From Haliotis cracherodii (lineage: Eukaryota), in the NCBI RefSeq assembly GCF_022045235.1, contig NW_027266292.1, positions 124,001 to 188,000 on the forward strand: DNA of 64,000 bases. The letters are read 5' to 3'. Made by a program: the position numbers and the translations under genes. Shown here in pieces: positions 1 to 12,482 of this stretch; position 1 is the stretch's first letter, and each line of letters opens with the position of its first letter. The notes beneath the pieces were generated by a model, which saw nothing but the letters and a program-made list of their open reading frames with translations, was not told the DNA's origin and did not search any database.

Positions 1-1221
1 TAGGTTCCATTTTGCACAGTTCTGAATCTGAGAGATTAGATGAGTGAAACAGTCCGGTTCTGGGGGTGGACTGTTTGATAAAATCAGGAGAACCAGCATA
101 TCCACTGTCTGAGAAACTGTTGTCTTCCTTCACAGGGGAAGTGCACACTGTCCGGCTCATGTACGCATGCGCAGCCGGATGTGGAAACTGGGAACTGTGG
201 GAGGGTATTGTTCTCAGTCGCTCATGGCACTGACTTGTGTGTGACGTCACATTATCTGTTGGTGACGTCACGGGCACCTGCTGAATGTGCGTCATACGTC
301 GAGAGATGTGTTTTCTCAGCTGACGGTGTACATTGTCCGACACTCCTGGCAGAGAATGAACATAGGAGAGGATTTCTTCAGCACATTTGGAGAAGCCATG
401 TTGAAATCTGGCTTGAACTGCTTCTTTGACGTGTTTATGTGTGGTGTTGATCTTCCTGACGTTCCTCAGATAATCTACAGTCGTCTCCAAAATCTCGGCC
501 TTCTCCATCTTCTCATAGTTGGGGTCCTGGAAAAACGGATGACGAAATATTATAACGTTGTATGTTATGTATATAGAGAAAAGTATAGATACAAAACAAT
601 AAACGATTTTGAAAACAAAAACAGGTAAATGAGGAATTTTATTTCATTTACCGGTACATTACTTCTCTTCCATTAAAAAGATATAAAAAAATTAATAACC
701 ACTAAAATCAATACATGTCGTATCTAAGGTAATTAAACGACGAACGCTGCCTTTCACACAGTTTAAAAATAGAAAATTGTAATAAATTTAAAATAATATG
801 CTTACGTTTTTTTGCTCTGCCCCACAAACGATGCCCTTGATTTCTGACAGACATTGGTTGATTCTGGCCCGTCGCCGTTTTTCTGCCAACAGTTTTCGAC
901 CCTGAAGAAAAGAATATATCAGCATGAGTATTTTGTTACAGTATATAATTAAATATTATATATACAGGACAATATCGTGTTCCGCAGAATTATAACTAGT
1001 TATTACTGTAAAGGGGACAGATGTGACTTTGGCAAGATGCAAATAGCAGTAGTATTCATGATTAAGTCATTAGCTACGTGAATATGGGAGGGCGTCGATA
1101 TTTGTAAAAGCCCATATATTGACTTTCTGTTCACAGACAGAAACCAAATAAAAACAATGTGTACCTTTCTATATCCAATATATTCCGAGTCGGATTCCGT
1201 GTGTCTATCGAATGATTCCAT
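1..1221 (-). CDS. hes: HES-like bHLH-Orange repressor, copy 1 (3' end beyond the window)
   Basis: complement(join(<1..526,806..901,1165..1221)); GT-AG phase-0 introns. Exon 1 MESFDRHTESDSEYIGYRK, exon 2 GRKLLAEKRRRARINQCLSEIKGIVCGAEQKN, exon 3 DPNYEKMEKAEILETTVDYLR...Orange domain...DSGYAGS...DSELCKMEP, open to the window edge. Confidence 0.9.
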
Positions 1222-1555
1222 CACTGCAATGTGTTCAGCTCTGAGAGACAAGTTAGTGTGATGGAACGCAGCCTCCCGACCCGCCTTTATACCCCCAACA
1301 TTCCCCTACCCACGCTTATCTATGCACAGTTATGTTTTGACATCTGAATAGCCCGGCGCGATCCGATACACGCTGCCAATCAGCGCACGCCTAGCAAAGT
1401 GCCGGCACGCGCCGGCTCCCGTTAAACTTCACCCGGAAGCAGATGTTCTTCTCACGACCCGGCAGGGATGATATTCTTCAGGAGGAGGGAGCATCTTGCT
1501 TGGCGTGACACGAGGAGTTACGTGGCCGAGCACCCGGCCTGTCAACAATCCGCCT
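1222..1555 (-). promoter_or_regulatory. 5' UTR and proximal promoter of HES copy 1
   Basis: TATAAA (1286-1291), CCAAT box near 1376, class-C site GGCACGCGCC 1404-1413, Su(H) site CGTGAGAA 1449-1456, N-box CACGAG 1509-1514. The block is conserved ahead of all seven visible 5' ends. Confidence 0.85.
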
Positions 1556-2882
1556 CAATGTACTGCCATTAATGTGTCTAAATAAAATAGACTCCATGCT
1601 CAAATATTTTTTAACAACTTTCTATTCAGAACGTGTCACGCGCGGCATTGCGTCACATGCGGCCCAGATTCCGATATACCGTTGTATCTTATGAGGACTT
1701 GATACAACTTTGGTCGCTAGCATTATTTTAAAGTAAGGAATATGAAGAAGAATAAACACATATTTTTATTGAGGAATTGTTTGTTTTCAAAATGGCACAA
1801 ATTTCAAACATGTGTGACTATCATATTTGGTTTGTTAAAGAAACAAAATTAATATTCATATGCATTCGGGTATGGTAAATTCACGTGTAGAAGTGCATTT
1901 ATTTACTTATAATTTCTTGGATTATAAAGCAAGTAAGGGCAGCGTGAATTGAAAACCTATAAAACTAAAAATGACGTTGTACCAGTATTTCTGAAGATAA
2001 ATAATATTTATTTTTTAGCCTCTGTCAAAATAATGCAGAATATCCCAGTTAGTATTCGTCAAGAATAAGTGTCTCAGTTCAATATTTAGGGTTCAGATAA
2101 TTAGATACAATTAATATCCTGCTCAATTAAATCTCATTTCACATGTATTTAAAAGTATATATTAAAAAAATAATACCATTTGGATCCCCCCCCCCCCCCC
2201 TTCCAACTTAAGATCGTCGCATAACGTACAGGCATTGGAGTTAATCTCGTTCATTATCAATGTATAAATGTATAAACACTGAAAGATAAGATATACGCAG
2301 ATAAGCTGTCTGTCTGACTCGCAGATCGATAGTGACATCATTATCTTACTTGACATTGCTAATTAATCTTCTTAATGAGTCGCCAGACCGATCAGTGTCA
2401 TGTGGCTGTTAATAGTTGAAAAAATCATGTCTAGACTTCAGCTACCCTGGTAAAATTGGTTAATCTGGATAAACCCATACCAAATATAGAACTATAAGCT
2501 AATTTGGATAAACATCAATGTTTATAATATAACGGAGACAAGTATTTAGGTATCACCTTTGGAAGTCGCCGGAAATCAAGGTCAGTTTATTACAAAACTT
2601 TAAAATATATTAACATTGGGATGATATTATAGAATTATCTAATATATAATTATGTGATACTTGTTTCGTGTGGGCCGTGTGTCTGTGCAACTTAGATTAG
2701 GATACCTCCTTAAATAATCTTACAGAAATGGTATATTAAATTAGTTTTATTTGGGTCACTGTGGTGCTATTTCCAAACGAACACTATGGTTACACATGTT
2801 ATGAATGTAGTGCCATTGTAAATCACATACCATATACGTGTTTTAGGGACTTATATTATATGTGTCTTGTTAATCACACCTG

Positions 2883-3038
2883 NNNNNNNNNNNNNNNNNN
2901 NNNNNNNNNNNNNNNNNNNNNNNNNNNNNNNNNNNNNNNNNNNNNNNNNNNNNNNNNNNNNNNNNNNNNNNNNNNNNNNNNNNNNNNNNNNNNNNNNNNN
3001 NNNNNNNNNNNNNNNNNNNNNNNNNNNNNNNNNNNNNN
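2883..3038. other. Assembly gap
   Basis: Run of N. Confidence 1.
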
Positions 3039-3966
3039 CGTATACACCATGTATTACTGTAGCGTATTACATAAGCTAAATGTTGTCTGTCAGTCAATCC
3101 AGGTATTTGTGGAATAAATATGTTTTAAATTTTATGAAGTTTCCCTCTGATATTAGAACGCAAAAACAAGAACCATTAAACATTTCAATTATCAATTTGA
3201 CTAACATTAAACTTTAACATTTTAGTTTTATAAATTTATAGAAGAAGAAGAAGAAGGAGGAGGAGGTTTTATTTAAATGCCACACAGTTCATTAATGTTT
3301 CGTTCGTTTTCATTTTCATATATTGAGCAGATCCTGTCCGGGCAAATGGCCCATGCGACACTAATTCACAAGTAAAATACAAGTTAAGAGACCTAAACTG
3401 CTAGAATATAGTATATACATTCAATATATTTATATTTCACATTAATGGTAGCTATTTTGACACGTTCACATACTGAATAAAACACATGACAACCCTCACT
3501 GTATGTATACCACTTCACCTTGTAGGTCGCCGGTGACACGGCCAGGTAATTACAATCAAGTACTCAGTAAGTGGCGTCGACGGCCAGAGCTGTTGGTGAC
3601 AAACACGACACCCAGTCAAGTCATAATGAAACTGTTGAGTGGGGTGTCGGGGTGACAGCTTCACCCCAAGGGATATGTCCTGTATAACACACTCGGTCAG
3701 CGCAGGCGCAAAGAAAACGTTTCCAGTCATTAAGCCTGTATCCCTGTTTGTTCAGCTGGGAACAAGCTTCATCTGATGACATTCGTCAAATAAATTGTCT
3801 TTTAAGACCAAACTGCACATTTGATTGTTCATCCTACAGTGCGGACAGAGGTGGACTTACTGTAGTAAATGTGAAAAACACATTGTTAAACACATTTTGG
3901 TTTACTTTCGTTCATTTGTTCTGAAAAAAGCCCCCCTGCAGATCCCGGAGCCTATATTTGTCAGAG

Positions 3967-4131
3967 TGAGTGAGTGAGTATTGTTTTACGCCGCTTTTAG
4001 CAATATTCCAGCAATATCACGGCGGGGGACACCAGAAATGGGCTTCACACATTGTACCCATGTCGGGAATCGAACCCGTGTCTTCGGCGTGACGAGCGAA
4101 CGCTTTAACCACCAGGCTACCCGACCGCCCC
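3967..4131 (-). mobile_element. tRNA-derived SINE, family A
   Basis: Pol III A and B boxes, tRNA-Asp-like head, (ACTC)n tail, 12-bp TSD TATTTGTCAGAG (3955-3966 and 4132-4143). Confidence 0.9.
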
Positions 4132-4229
4132 TATTTGTCAGAGAGAGGCATTGTTTAGTTTTGTCTCAGCCTTTTCTACATGCAAATATAAAACCATTTA
4201 AAAAAATAAAAATATCATGTAGAATGGCC

Positions 4230-4435
4230 GTCCTTGTTCTGCACCATGAGTGTGGAATTTATTTATTTTATGAAGAAAATCCCAATCTAGATATGTATAC
4301 AAAAGCAAGTTTAGCCAGCTCTATCTAGCTCTATTCCACATATGAAATCAGCATCGGGGTAAAATATTTGTTTCATTTTTAGAGTCGAGAAGGATATTGT
4401 GTAATATAAGATTTCATAGACTAAATGTTAGTCTA
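4230..4435. repeat. TCTAG-rich dispersed repeat family (unclassified)
   Basis: Copies at 9975-10170 (inverted), 24170-24355 and 34715-34890; associated fragments at 5283-5450, 46850-47000, 60940-61022 and 63322-63410. Confidence 0.6.
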
Positions 4436-4660
4436 CTGCCCTTACAACCAGCCCCATTCCATCCCCCATCCCTTTCTCAACCCCTGCCAGCCTAAACTCA
4501 TCTCAGTCTCAGCTCAAGGCCTAATGCTCGAGAGTCCCCTTTTAGATTTTATTTTATTATTTAAACCGTATGCATAACGTCGGGGGTTAATTGGTCTGCT
4601 GTGAAACAAACAAGCCCTTATATGAGCTAGAGTCTGACAATGCTCCAAGGCTGTACTAGA

Positions 4661-4822
4661 GTGAGTGGGTATGGTTTTACGCCGCTTTTAGCAATATTCC
4701 AGCAATATCACGGCGGGGGACACCAGAAATAGGCGCCACACATTGTACCCATGTCGGGAATCGAACCCGAGTCTTCGGCGTGACGAGCGAACGCTTTAAC
4801 CACTAGGCTACCCGACCGCCCT
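4661..4822 (-). mobile_element. tRNA-derived SINE, family A
   Basis: Full-length copy near-identical to 3967-4131. Confidence 0.85.
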
Positions 4823-5636
4823 GAGGTACCAGAGTCAGAGTGTTTAAGCTGTACTGGAAGACAAGTCCCTGGATGGATAGTAATTTTATCCCCCTATAGT
4901 CAAGTCTAGATATGATATATGGACAGTGCATCTGAGGACTCCAGTCTCTTATAAGGACAACTTGTTCTTATCGTTGATACAATCTAGAAATTATGATTTA
5001 AACTAATAGTTATTGCCTTAGAGACTTGTGCAAATCTTGCTCGTGTCCTTTGTCCCATGTTGTGTAATATCAGTTGTAAGTATATATGTTTTCACAACCC
5101 TTGTCATAACTTGTGTGGTTTATATGTCACGTACATATTGCGTGCTTAATACAGGTGCTAGTATCACTGTACAACTGATTGTCATAACCCCACCCAACGT
5201 CTGTGCCCTACAAAATTTAAACACGATAAAGGTTTTCTAATTGAATCTAAATGACTGTTGACCTGCCTATTTATATTTATATTTAGTCCTAGAAATAAAG
5301 ATATCTTATTCTAAAACATACATCTATAAAATAACAATAATAAAATCATAATGGAGCCCAGAAAAATGCTTAATGTCTTAGAACTGAGACAATCTAAGAA
5401 TACCCAATCATTCTAGACTTGAGTTGGACTCCTTGGATTCTCTTGGGCCTGGGACACGGACTACTGTCTATTCCGACAGTCTAGCTATGCAGACGTCGTC
5501 CACTGATTCGATAAGAATAAACTCACTCTAAAGTTAATCCGTGAATCCATGCGCTGATATGCACTTGTCTAACTTGATCTAACTTAATCCAATGTTTATG
5601 AAAGTCTCGTATCAGAAACTGTAGCACGCTGTAGAT

Positions 5637-5850
5637 GATTCCCCCGTCCGTCGGAGTGAAGTAAGTCCATTAGTGTCAACACCTCACATCTCTGTCTGTG
5701 TTATAAACACCATGGTATATCACAGATCATTATGACGTCACGCTGAGATCTGTGACGTAACGTCATTGTTCACGGCCATCCATCTAGTAATGGAGATTGT
5801 TTGTAATGGTCTATCTGGTGATGAACCCCCTCTGGGCTGGACAAAACGGT
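5637..5850. promoter_or_regulatory. Conserved non-coding element B (CRE cluster), spacer 1-2
   Basis: TGACGTCA at 5733-5740 and TGACGTAA at 5753-5760; homologues in four other spacers, all in the same orientation. Confidence 0.55.
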
Positions 5851-6019
5851 TGATAGGGAACAAATTCGATGAAACGAGATTGAGTAATTGACATGTATAT
5901 TGCGAATAAAAGTACGTGATATTGGCGGTTTTATTTGACAGTGTTTGTCCACAGTGACTATCAGGGAACATAAATTTTCGTTACAACCTTTAAGGCGATT
6001 GTTCTCAAAATTCCCAAAT

Positions 6020-6146
6020 TCGATATAAGCAACCCCTAAAGCCCCCTCTTGGGTTGCACACACCACTTTCGCCCCTTTCGGAACACATTAAATGGCCTGG
6101 CCGGGCCCGTGTGCGAAATACGCATCAGTCGGAAAGCGCACGTTAA
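6020..6146. repeat. Dispersed repeat ending GTCGGAAAGCGCACGTTAA (probable DNA transposon end)
   Basis: Copies at 23655-23762, 47322-47455 (inverted) and 56410-56722. Confidence 0.55.
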
Positions 6147-6388
6147 ATCTCCAAAGTAAGTAAGTAAGTAAGTGAAGGCGATTGTGGTGGATATTTTTTA
6201 AATGTATGTACTGGTGTAGTTAAATCATAACACTGAATATATATAAACATTAAACGACAATGCTAGATGATAACCAGTCTCGATTATCAACGTTACACAT
6301 TCCATTTGGCGTCAAAGACTACGAGCAATGTAAATGGATCACTGAAAATCATTGATGACAATAGGTGTTCGCGAAAAGGGTAAGCATG

Positions 6389-6585
6389 TTTGTTTGTTTG
6401 TTGTTTAACGCCGCACTCAGCAATATTCCAGCTATATGACGGCGGTCTAATCGATGACATGCATCAACCAAGTCAGCGAGCCTGACCACCCGATCCCGTT
6501 AGTCGCCTTTTACGAGAAGCATAGTCGCCTTTTACGGCAAGCATGGGTTGCTGAAGACCTATTCTACCCCTGAATCTTCACGGGT
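6389..6585 (-). mobile_element. Family B short retroelement (no tRNA head), internally deleted
   Basis: ACCCGTGAAGAT 5' end, (AAAC)n tail, TSD GTAAGCATG. Confidence 0.8.
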
Positions 6586-6760
6586 AGAGTAAGCATGCCC
6601 TGTCCTACCAGTATTCAAAGAAACTGATATGTTCAAAGAAAACGTATGGAACAAAAAATGTATAAATATTATTGAAACTGCTACGGATTTAAATTATCGT
6701 TAGTGAAGCTACACTAACCAAGAGTGATATGCGCATTTCAAAGCCCTTTCCATTATCAAA

Positions 6761-7093
6761 ACCGCCTCCGTTGTCTAGTGGTAGAGCGTCCGCCCAGAGA
6801 GCTGAAGATCCGGGGTTCGATCCCCGGCAGCGTCATACAAAAAAATGTTAAAAGATGGTACATTGTCTGGCGCTCGGCATTAAGGGGCTAAAACAAGGAC
6901 TGCTCGGAGTCAGCATACTGTGTCTGAGTGGGGTATTCATGTTCAACTGCGGCATGGTATCTCAGCAGGCTTGCAATATGAATCGCCATCAATCCGGACA
7001 AGTACAAGCATCCACACACACACATTTGCGTGCACGTCGCTGTATTAGTGCAATAATCTTGTACGCGACGTTAAACCCCATTTTACCTCACCT
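6761..7093 (+). mobile_element. tRNA-derived SINE, family C (MetaSINE-like central domain)
   Basis: A box GTCTAGTGG, B box GGTTCGATCCC, then GTCATACAAAA..TTAAAAGATGGTAC..TGGCGCTCGGCATTAAGGG, which resembles the Meta domain as recalled; TSD CATTATCA. Confidence 0.7.
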
Positions 7094-8365
7094 ACATTAT
7101 CATAGGAAATCTCTGTTAAAAGCAGAGTACAGTGAACGATTCTGACTACATCATAAGAATGTGTTTTTGTGTCAGTTATACTGATGATACGAGGTGTTCG
7201 CGAAAATGTGAGGCTCCATCGAAGGCACCCGTCACAAACATCTCTACCATAAAACGTCTTGAAAGATCTACTAAGACTTTGAATGTTGTAACCCCGATAA
7301 AACAAATTTATGAAGGATTTTTTTTAATATTCGGAGAAAGACATGCTCGTTTGTACCTCAAATGTTGTGAAAATTACCAAAGGTTCGAACTGCTGGAATA
7401 TTGTTCGACATAAAGGGAAGGATTGCTCGATATAACAGGAAAGGTCGACTATTGGAAAGTCGAAGTGGTTTAAACATATTTTTATTTCAAAAGAAAACTT
7501 GATCGGTAAACAAGCAAAACTTGCTTATGTAAATACCTCTCCAGGTAATAACTTTACAACAACTGGTTATATATAAGATTATATATAAGATAGTGCTAAA
7601 AACATAAACATACTAAATGCACAAATGAAATACATGAAGCCAAAACAAGTAGTGCCTGTGAAATAAGATAATGCAGTTTTCCATTACTACATGTATAAAA
7701 TTAAGCTACTCGAATCTTTTGCTTTTGCCAATGAAATCGTGAACTGATTTAAGAATAGTCATGTGTGTAGAAATACATAGTGTTTCTGATATTATCGTAT
7801 TTTTTGGCAGGTATAGAAAAAGTGAATTGCGTCTTCAAAGTGGACAGTTGAAGTCATACAGTCAAGTTGGGATTTTGGGGGTAATTCTGAATCTTTTTGC
7901 ATAGATCAAATATGTAACATATGAGGTGGTTACACTGGCCCCTTTCAGTTTCAGCTGAGGTGGGTACATTTGCGGAATGGAATTGGCTATTTTACCATCA
8001 TTGCAGATATCAGATCATCGATATACCGGAAGATTAAGATACATTTCTTGGCAATATTCCCTTGGTTTTATATGCCAATGCGGGCAGAAATTCTGACATC
8101 ACAAAATAGAATCACAATCAGATGAAGTTTATTGTCCTAAATTAATGTGTTGAACAAAAACATTAAACAGAAATATATTCTTTAAAATATATGACTCGCT
8201 ATTTACTCCAGAAGGTAGACGGGTCCTCAAATCAGAAAATTGGTCTGAATGTGCAAGTATTATTGTGTCAAACATGGGTCAGATCCTGGGTGTTTAGGGG
8301 AAATCCCCCGACTACAACCTAACAATACACCGATGCTGTGTAAATCTGTGTCAGGGAAAATCTCT

Positions 8366-8690
8366 CAATACCCCGGCAAACATTCCTCCACTCTCACTGT
8401 CATCATCCCGCGATAAAACCCTGTTGATGATGTTGTGACACGCAGGAACAATGACAGTGACGGATGGCGCACGCGAAGTGTCAAAACGTCACGCGCCATT
8501 AATTCGCAACGTTATTGGATGCGAGGCTATGTACTGTTATCATCAACGCGGACGAAAGCCCCTTCTCAAGGAGATTCCTTCACAATACTCCACAATGGGG
8601 GCAAGTAATATTCGAATTCGCTTCAATTGAGTCACGTGGCATGCGGGCGGGCACCTGTTGTGGTGAAGGCAGTGATGAGTGTGGGAAAGT
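8366..8690. promoter_or_regulatory. Conserved non-coding element E+A, spacer 1-2
   Basis: Aligns with 61401-61705 and 49540-49844; contains TCACGTG, GGGCACCTG and a Su(H) site TGTGGGAA at 8680-8687. Confidence 0.55.
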
Positions 8691-9271
8691 TCAATGAAGA
8701 ATATGATAACGGGAGAAGGTAAACACGTTTGTTGTCTCACGTTGCCTGCCGGAAAAAGAAACAAAATTAATAAGTGTTACTTTGCACCTTGATACACGAT
8801 AAATCTCTTCTAACATCCGGCGTTTTATCTAAAACAAATTACGGAAAAGAGGAGAAATTGATAATTTTCTCGGAAATCCACATTTTTATTTGAAATAACG
8901 AATTGGAAAATAACGCAACGTTGGTAATGTGAGACCAATGTATGAAAATATAAAACATTCATGTTTATCAAGTCTTTGAAAGGCATTTAGAAGTGATACA
9001 CATAAGGAAGAGAATTTGCGGATGTCGACTTCTTTATTATGAGGAACACAACGTTTCATCTTAGAGTAAGTGTTCCTCATAATACAGAAGTTGACATCCC
9101 CAAATTCTCTTCCTTATTCATATTTCTGTTAGAGGCTTCTCTTTATGTTTTGGAAAACACGCATCTGATTTTCTTTGACAATGACTTCAAATCGTCGCTT
9201 TGACATCTTGAAGTTAAATTTAGAAAACAAACAAAGAGATAGCTTTGTTAGTTTGTTTCACTACAATCGAT

Positions 9272-9541
9272 CCATGACGATTCGGGGTAGAATAGATCTT
9301 CAGCAACCAATGCTTGCCTTACAATGCGACTATGCTTGTCGTAAGAGGCGACTAACGGGATCGGGTGGTCAGGCTCAATGACTTGGTTGATGCATGTCAT
9401 CGCATCCCAATTGCGTGGGCCGATGCTCATGTTGTCAATCACTGTTTTTTTATGGTACAGACTCGATTATTTACAGGCCACCGTCATATAGCTGGAAACT
9501 TGCTGAGTGAGGCGTTAATCAACAAACAAACAAACAACAAC
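9272..9541 (+). mobile_element. Family B short retroelement
   Basis: Homologous to 52419-52682. Confidence 0.8.
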
Positions 9542-10349
9542 AAAATCACTACAATCAGTGGCATGCACCATCAAAAGATAATAGAATGTATTAATAAATC
9601 GAAAATGAAGAATCAGTGATTTAGCATCGTACCTAACACCGTTTTATTGGCTATTTGGGGCTACAAAATAAGTTTCAAACAATCGAACCATTACAAATCC
9701 GATTCGACTTATCAGTGGTCAAATAATAGAATAATTAAAGGAATTCGCAAGGACCAGACAAGCAGTTCGGCACTGTCGAGAAATCGACATATCATATTTT
9801 GCAACAAACGGTTTTCAACTACATTAAACAAGTTTTGTTTGCTTCGTGTGTACCTTCGATTATGTTCGTGTATTATTCTTGCCAATTTATATAATGGATA
9901 ATTTAATGATTTTAAGTGCCTCATAGATCCTTCATGGGTCGGCTGATGCTTTTATATATCATACGTATGTATACTAGACTAACATTTAGTCTCTGAAATC
10001 TTATATTACACAAAATCCTTCTTGACTCTAAAAATAAAAAAATTCCCTATGCTGATTTCAGAATGTGTAATAGAGCTAGCTTGAGCTGGCTAGACTTGCT
10101 TTTGTATGCATTTCTAGATTATTATTTTTTCATAAAATAAATATATTCCACGGTCATGGTGCAGGACTAGTATGTATACGTGTAATGTTTTTTTATAGTC
10201 TTAACACCAGGTGGCACTATAATAAAATAATTTTCTTCTTCTTCTTCTTCTTCTCCAATGTGTACAATAGCGGTTTTTGCAGTGGGTTAAACTATAGTGA
10301 CAGAACGGGAAACTAAAGCGCTGGGCAAAAGAATGTATACACTGTGTAA

Positions 10350-10546
10350 TTGGATTTCACCAAAAGATTACAAACGTTATCAAAACGTTACTAAGCTGAA
10401 AACAGTTACAAACACTACAAACCTTATGTCCAAAACACAACGATGATACCCGTATCAAATACATCACCATGGAAAAAACATTTCTTGATTGTTTCATTTT
10501 TAGCCACCATCAAACATGGATGTGTACTTTCTTTTGCCCGACAGTT
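10350..10546. repeat. Dispersed repeat containing GATACCCGTATCAAATACATCA
   Basis: Copies at 15820-16005, 19610-19740 and 62045-62236. Confidence 0.6.
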
Positions 10547-10824
10547 GAGTTGATAATTCAATGGGACTGGGACGTATTTTTGTGTTTACTGATTTTTGAG
10601 ACTATGAGACTGTGTGACTGATGAGAGGTAATAATGGACTCACTGTAGAATGAGTTTACGTACGCTTCCATCAGTATTGCGGGAGATCACGGAGACTTTG
10701 TACTCGGATATCAGATATATGGAACCAATCCACTTGATGTCGGACTCTGACTGAGACCCTTTGTTTTCTTTTAAATGCGCCCGCTAGCGTGTGAGGTACA
10801 TTATTCCGGGACAAGCCGAATAGC

Positions 10825-11166
10825 GACTCGTGCCCCTCTCATGGCCATTTTTGCAACCGGGTACCGTCTAAGCGCAAACGGACAAAGCTAAAACAATTGT
10901 CAACTCGTTGCGTAATGGTTAACATATATTACCCCATATATTATATATATTTCAGATGCAATTTAAATCACATCGGAACATGCGGAATAATACAGTATGA
11001 TGGAACACATGTAACTGTGTCTTGGGTATATCTTTAGATGCAAGACGTATGTAAAATCAAAAAATATTTCTGAGGGATTCTATGACGAAGAACTTGAAAT
11101 CATGCGCGCATTCTGATTGGTTTGTCGTATTTTCGCACATAACATTCATTGATAGGGGGACGAGTC
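10825..11166. mobile_element. Putative MITE
   Basis: Ends GACTCGTGCCCCT and AGGGGGACGAGTC; the flanks are nearly contiguous in the paralogous empty site at 18397-18450. Confidence 0.5.
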
Positions 11167-11527
11167 TTCTTGCAGGTTACGGAAAGGGGCGAGTGGTGAC
11201 GAATGAGCACGGCTAATGTTCAGTCTTTCTCCCCCACGTGATCAGATTATTTGACGACCTATTGAAACAACATGTTCCAACGGACATGACGCACCGAACT
11301 AAAATATGACATTTCGGGTATCTTTGGGTTTCGGTGTATTAATATCAGAATGGACATAAACGCAACAGAGATGCTTGTGTTAACTGACATTTGGATACGT
11401 GTGATAAACGTAATGTTTGTGCATGTGATCCGGAGGCACCCACGGCTCACACAACAAGACTACTGGCAGGATTTGTATTGTGTGTGTTTGAGTTGGTTGA
11501 TGCTTAGCTCTTATCTGTCTTTGTATG

Positions 11528-11770
11528 TGTTGTTTTACGCCGCACTCAGCAATATTCCAGCGTTATGACGGCGGTCTGTAAATATTCGAGTCTGAACCAG
11601 AAAATCCAGTAATTGATATGATGAGCATCGATCCACGCTATTGGGATATGATGACATGCATCAACCAAGTCAGCAAGCCTGACCACCCGATCCTTTAAGT
11701 CGCCTCTTACGACAAGCATAGTCGCCTTTTACGGAAAGCATGGGTTGCTGAAGACCCATTCTCTACCCGT
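11528..11770 (-). mobile_element. Family B short retroelement
   Basis: Homologous to 16082-16351. Confidence 0.8.
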
Positions 11771-12482
11771 TGTATAGAAGTATATAGGTCCGTGAGTATA
11801 TAAATATGTTCATTTGGACGCATTTAAGCAAATCAGCCCAAATCAGATTTCACAATTCGCTGTGCAGATGTTTCGAAACTGATTCGCACTGATTACGTGC
11901 CTTGGTTTGTTACAACCATACCCGTGCTCGTGTCTTTCACGAAAGTGGTTTATGTCTAACATCTGGCTTTCCCACACTTATATAACACGATATATAACCG
12001 AAATACTGTGCATTAAACAATATTCACTCAGCTTACCATATCATGCCTATCATTAATAGGAAAGGATTTATATTATAATTATTTGGTTTTACATAATATT
12101 GTGTCAATATAATATAAATAATTTAACATAATCTAAGCTTTTAAAATATTCAACGGGGGAACACAAGGAATGGGTCACAGACACTGTACTTATGTTGAAA
12201 ATCGAACCAAGGTTTTAGGCGCAACAGGCTAACACCTTACCTACCAGGCCATACCTCCCCCAGTTTAAATGCAAATACAATCTTCCAACAGTTTACATAG
12301 AGACAAGGCAATAAAACGATATTATATTTAAAGCTTTTATTGTAATCCCGTTATAGGATTTATCACAGTTGTCAATGGCAGCACTCATGTGGTACCAGGG
12401 TTCAGAGATTTGATGATACGATGATAAGAATACATATGTATCTAGATGTTCATCACAAAAACAAGTCCATTTATGAAACAAA

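Noticed and set aside
181-628. Repeated + strand ORFs opposite exon 3 (181, 287, 20460, 20572, 28163, 28242, 35700, 35812, 43955, 53384, 53511)
   Set aside because: Antisense shadows of the conserved HES exon; starts and stops vary and no independent promoter or domain is visible.
1290-1460. Su(H) paired site (SPS) in the promoters
   Set aside because: Only single canonical sites were found, with no head-to-head pair at 15-17 bp spacing; CGTGGGTA near TATA is a mismatch.
2761-3117. ORFs spanning N runs (also 47082-47411)
   Set aside because: Artefacts of assembly gaps.
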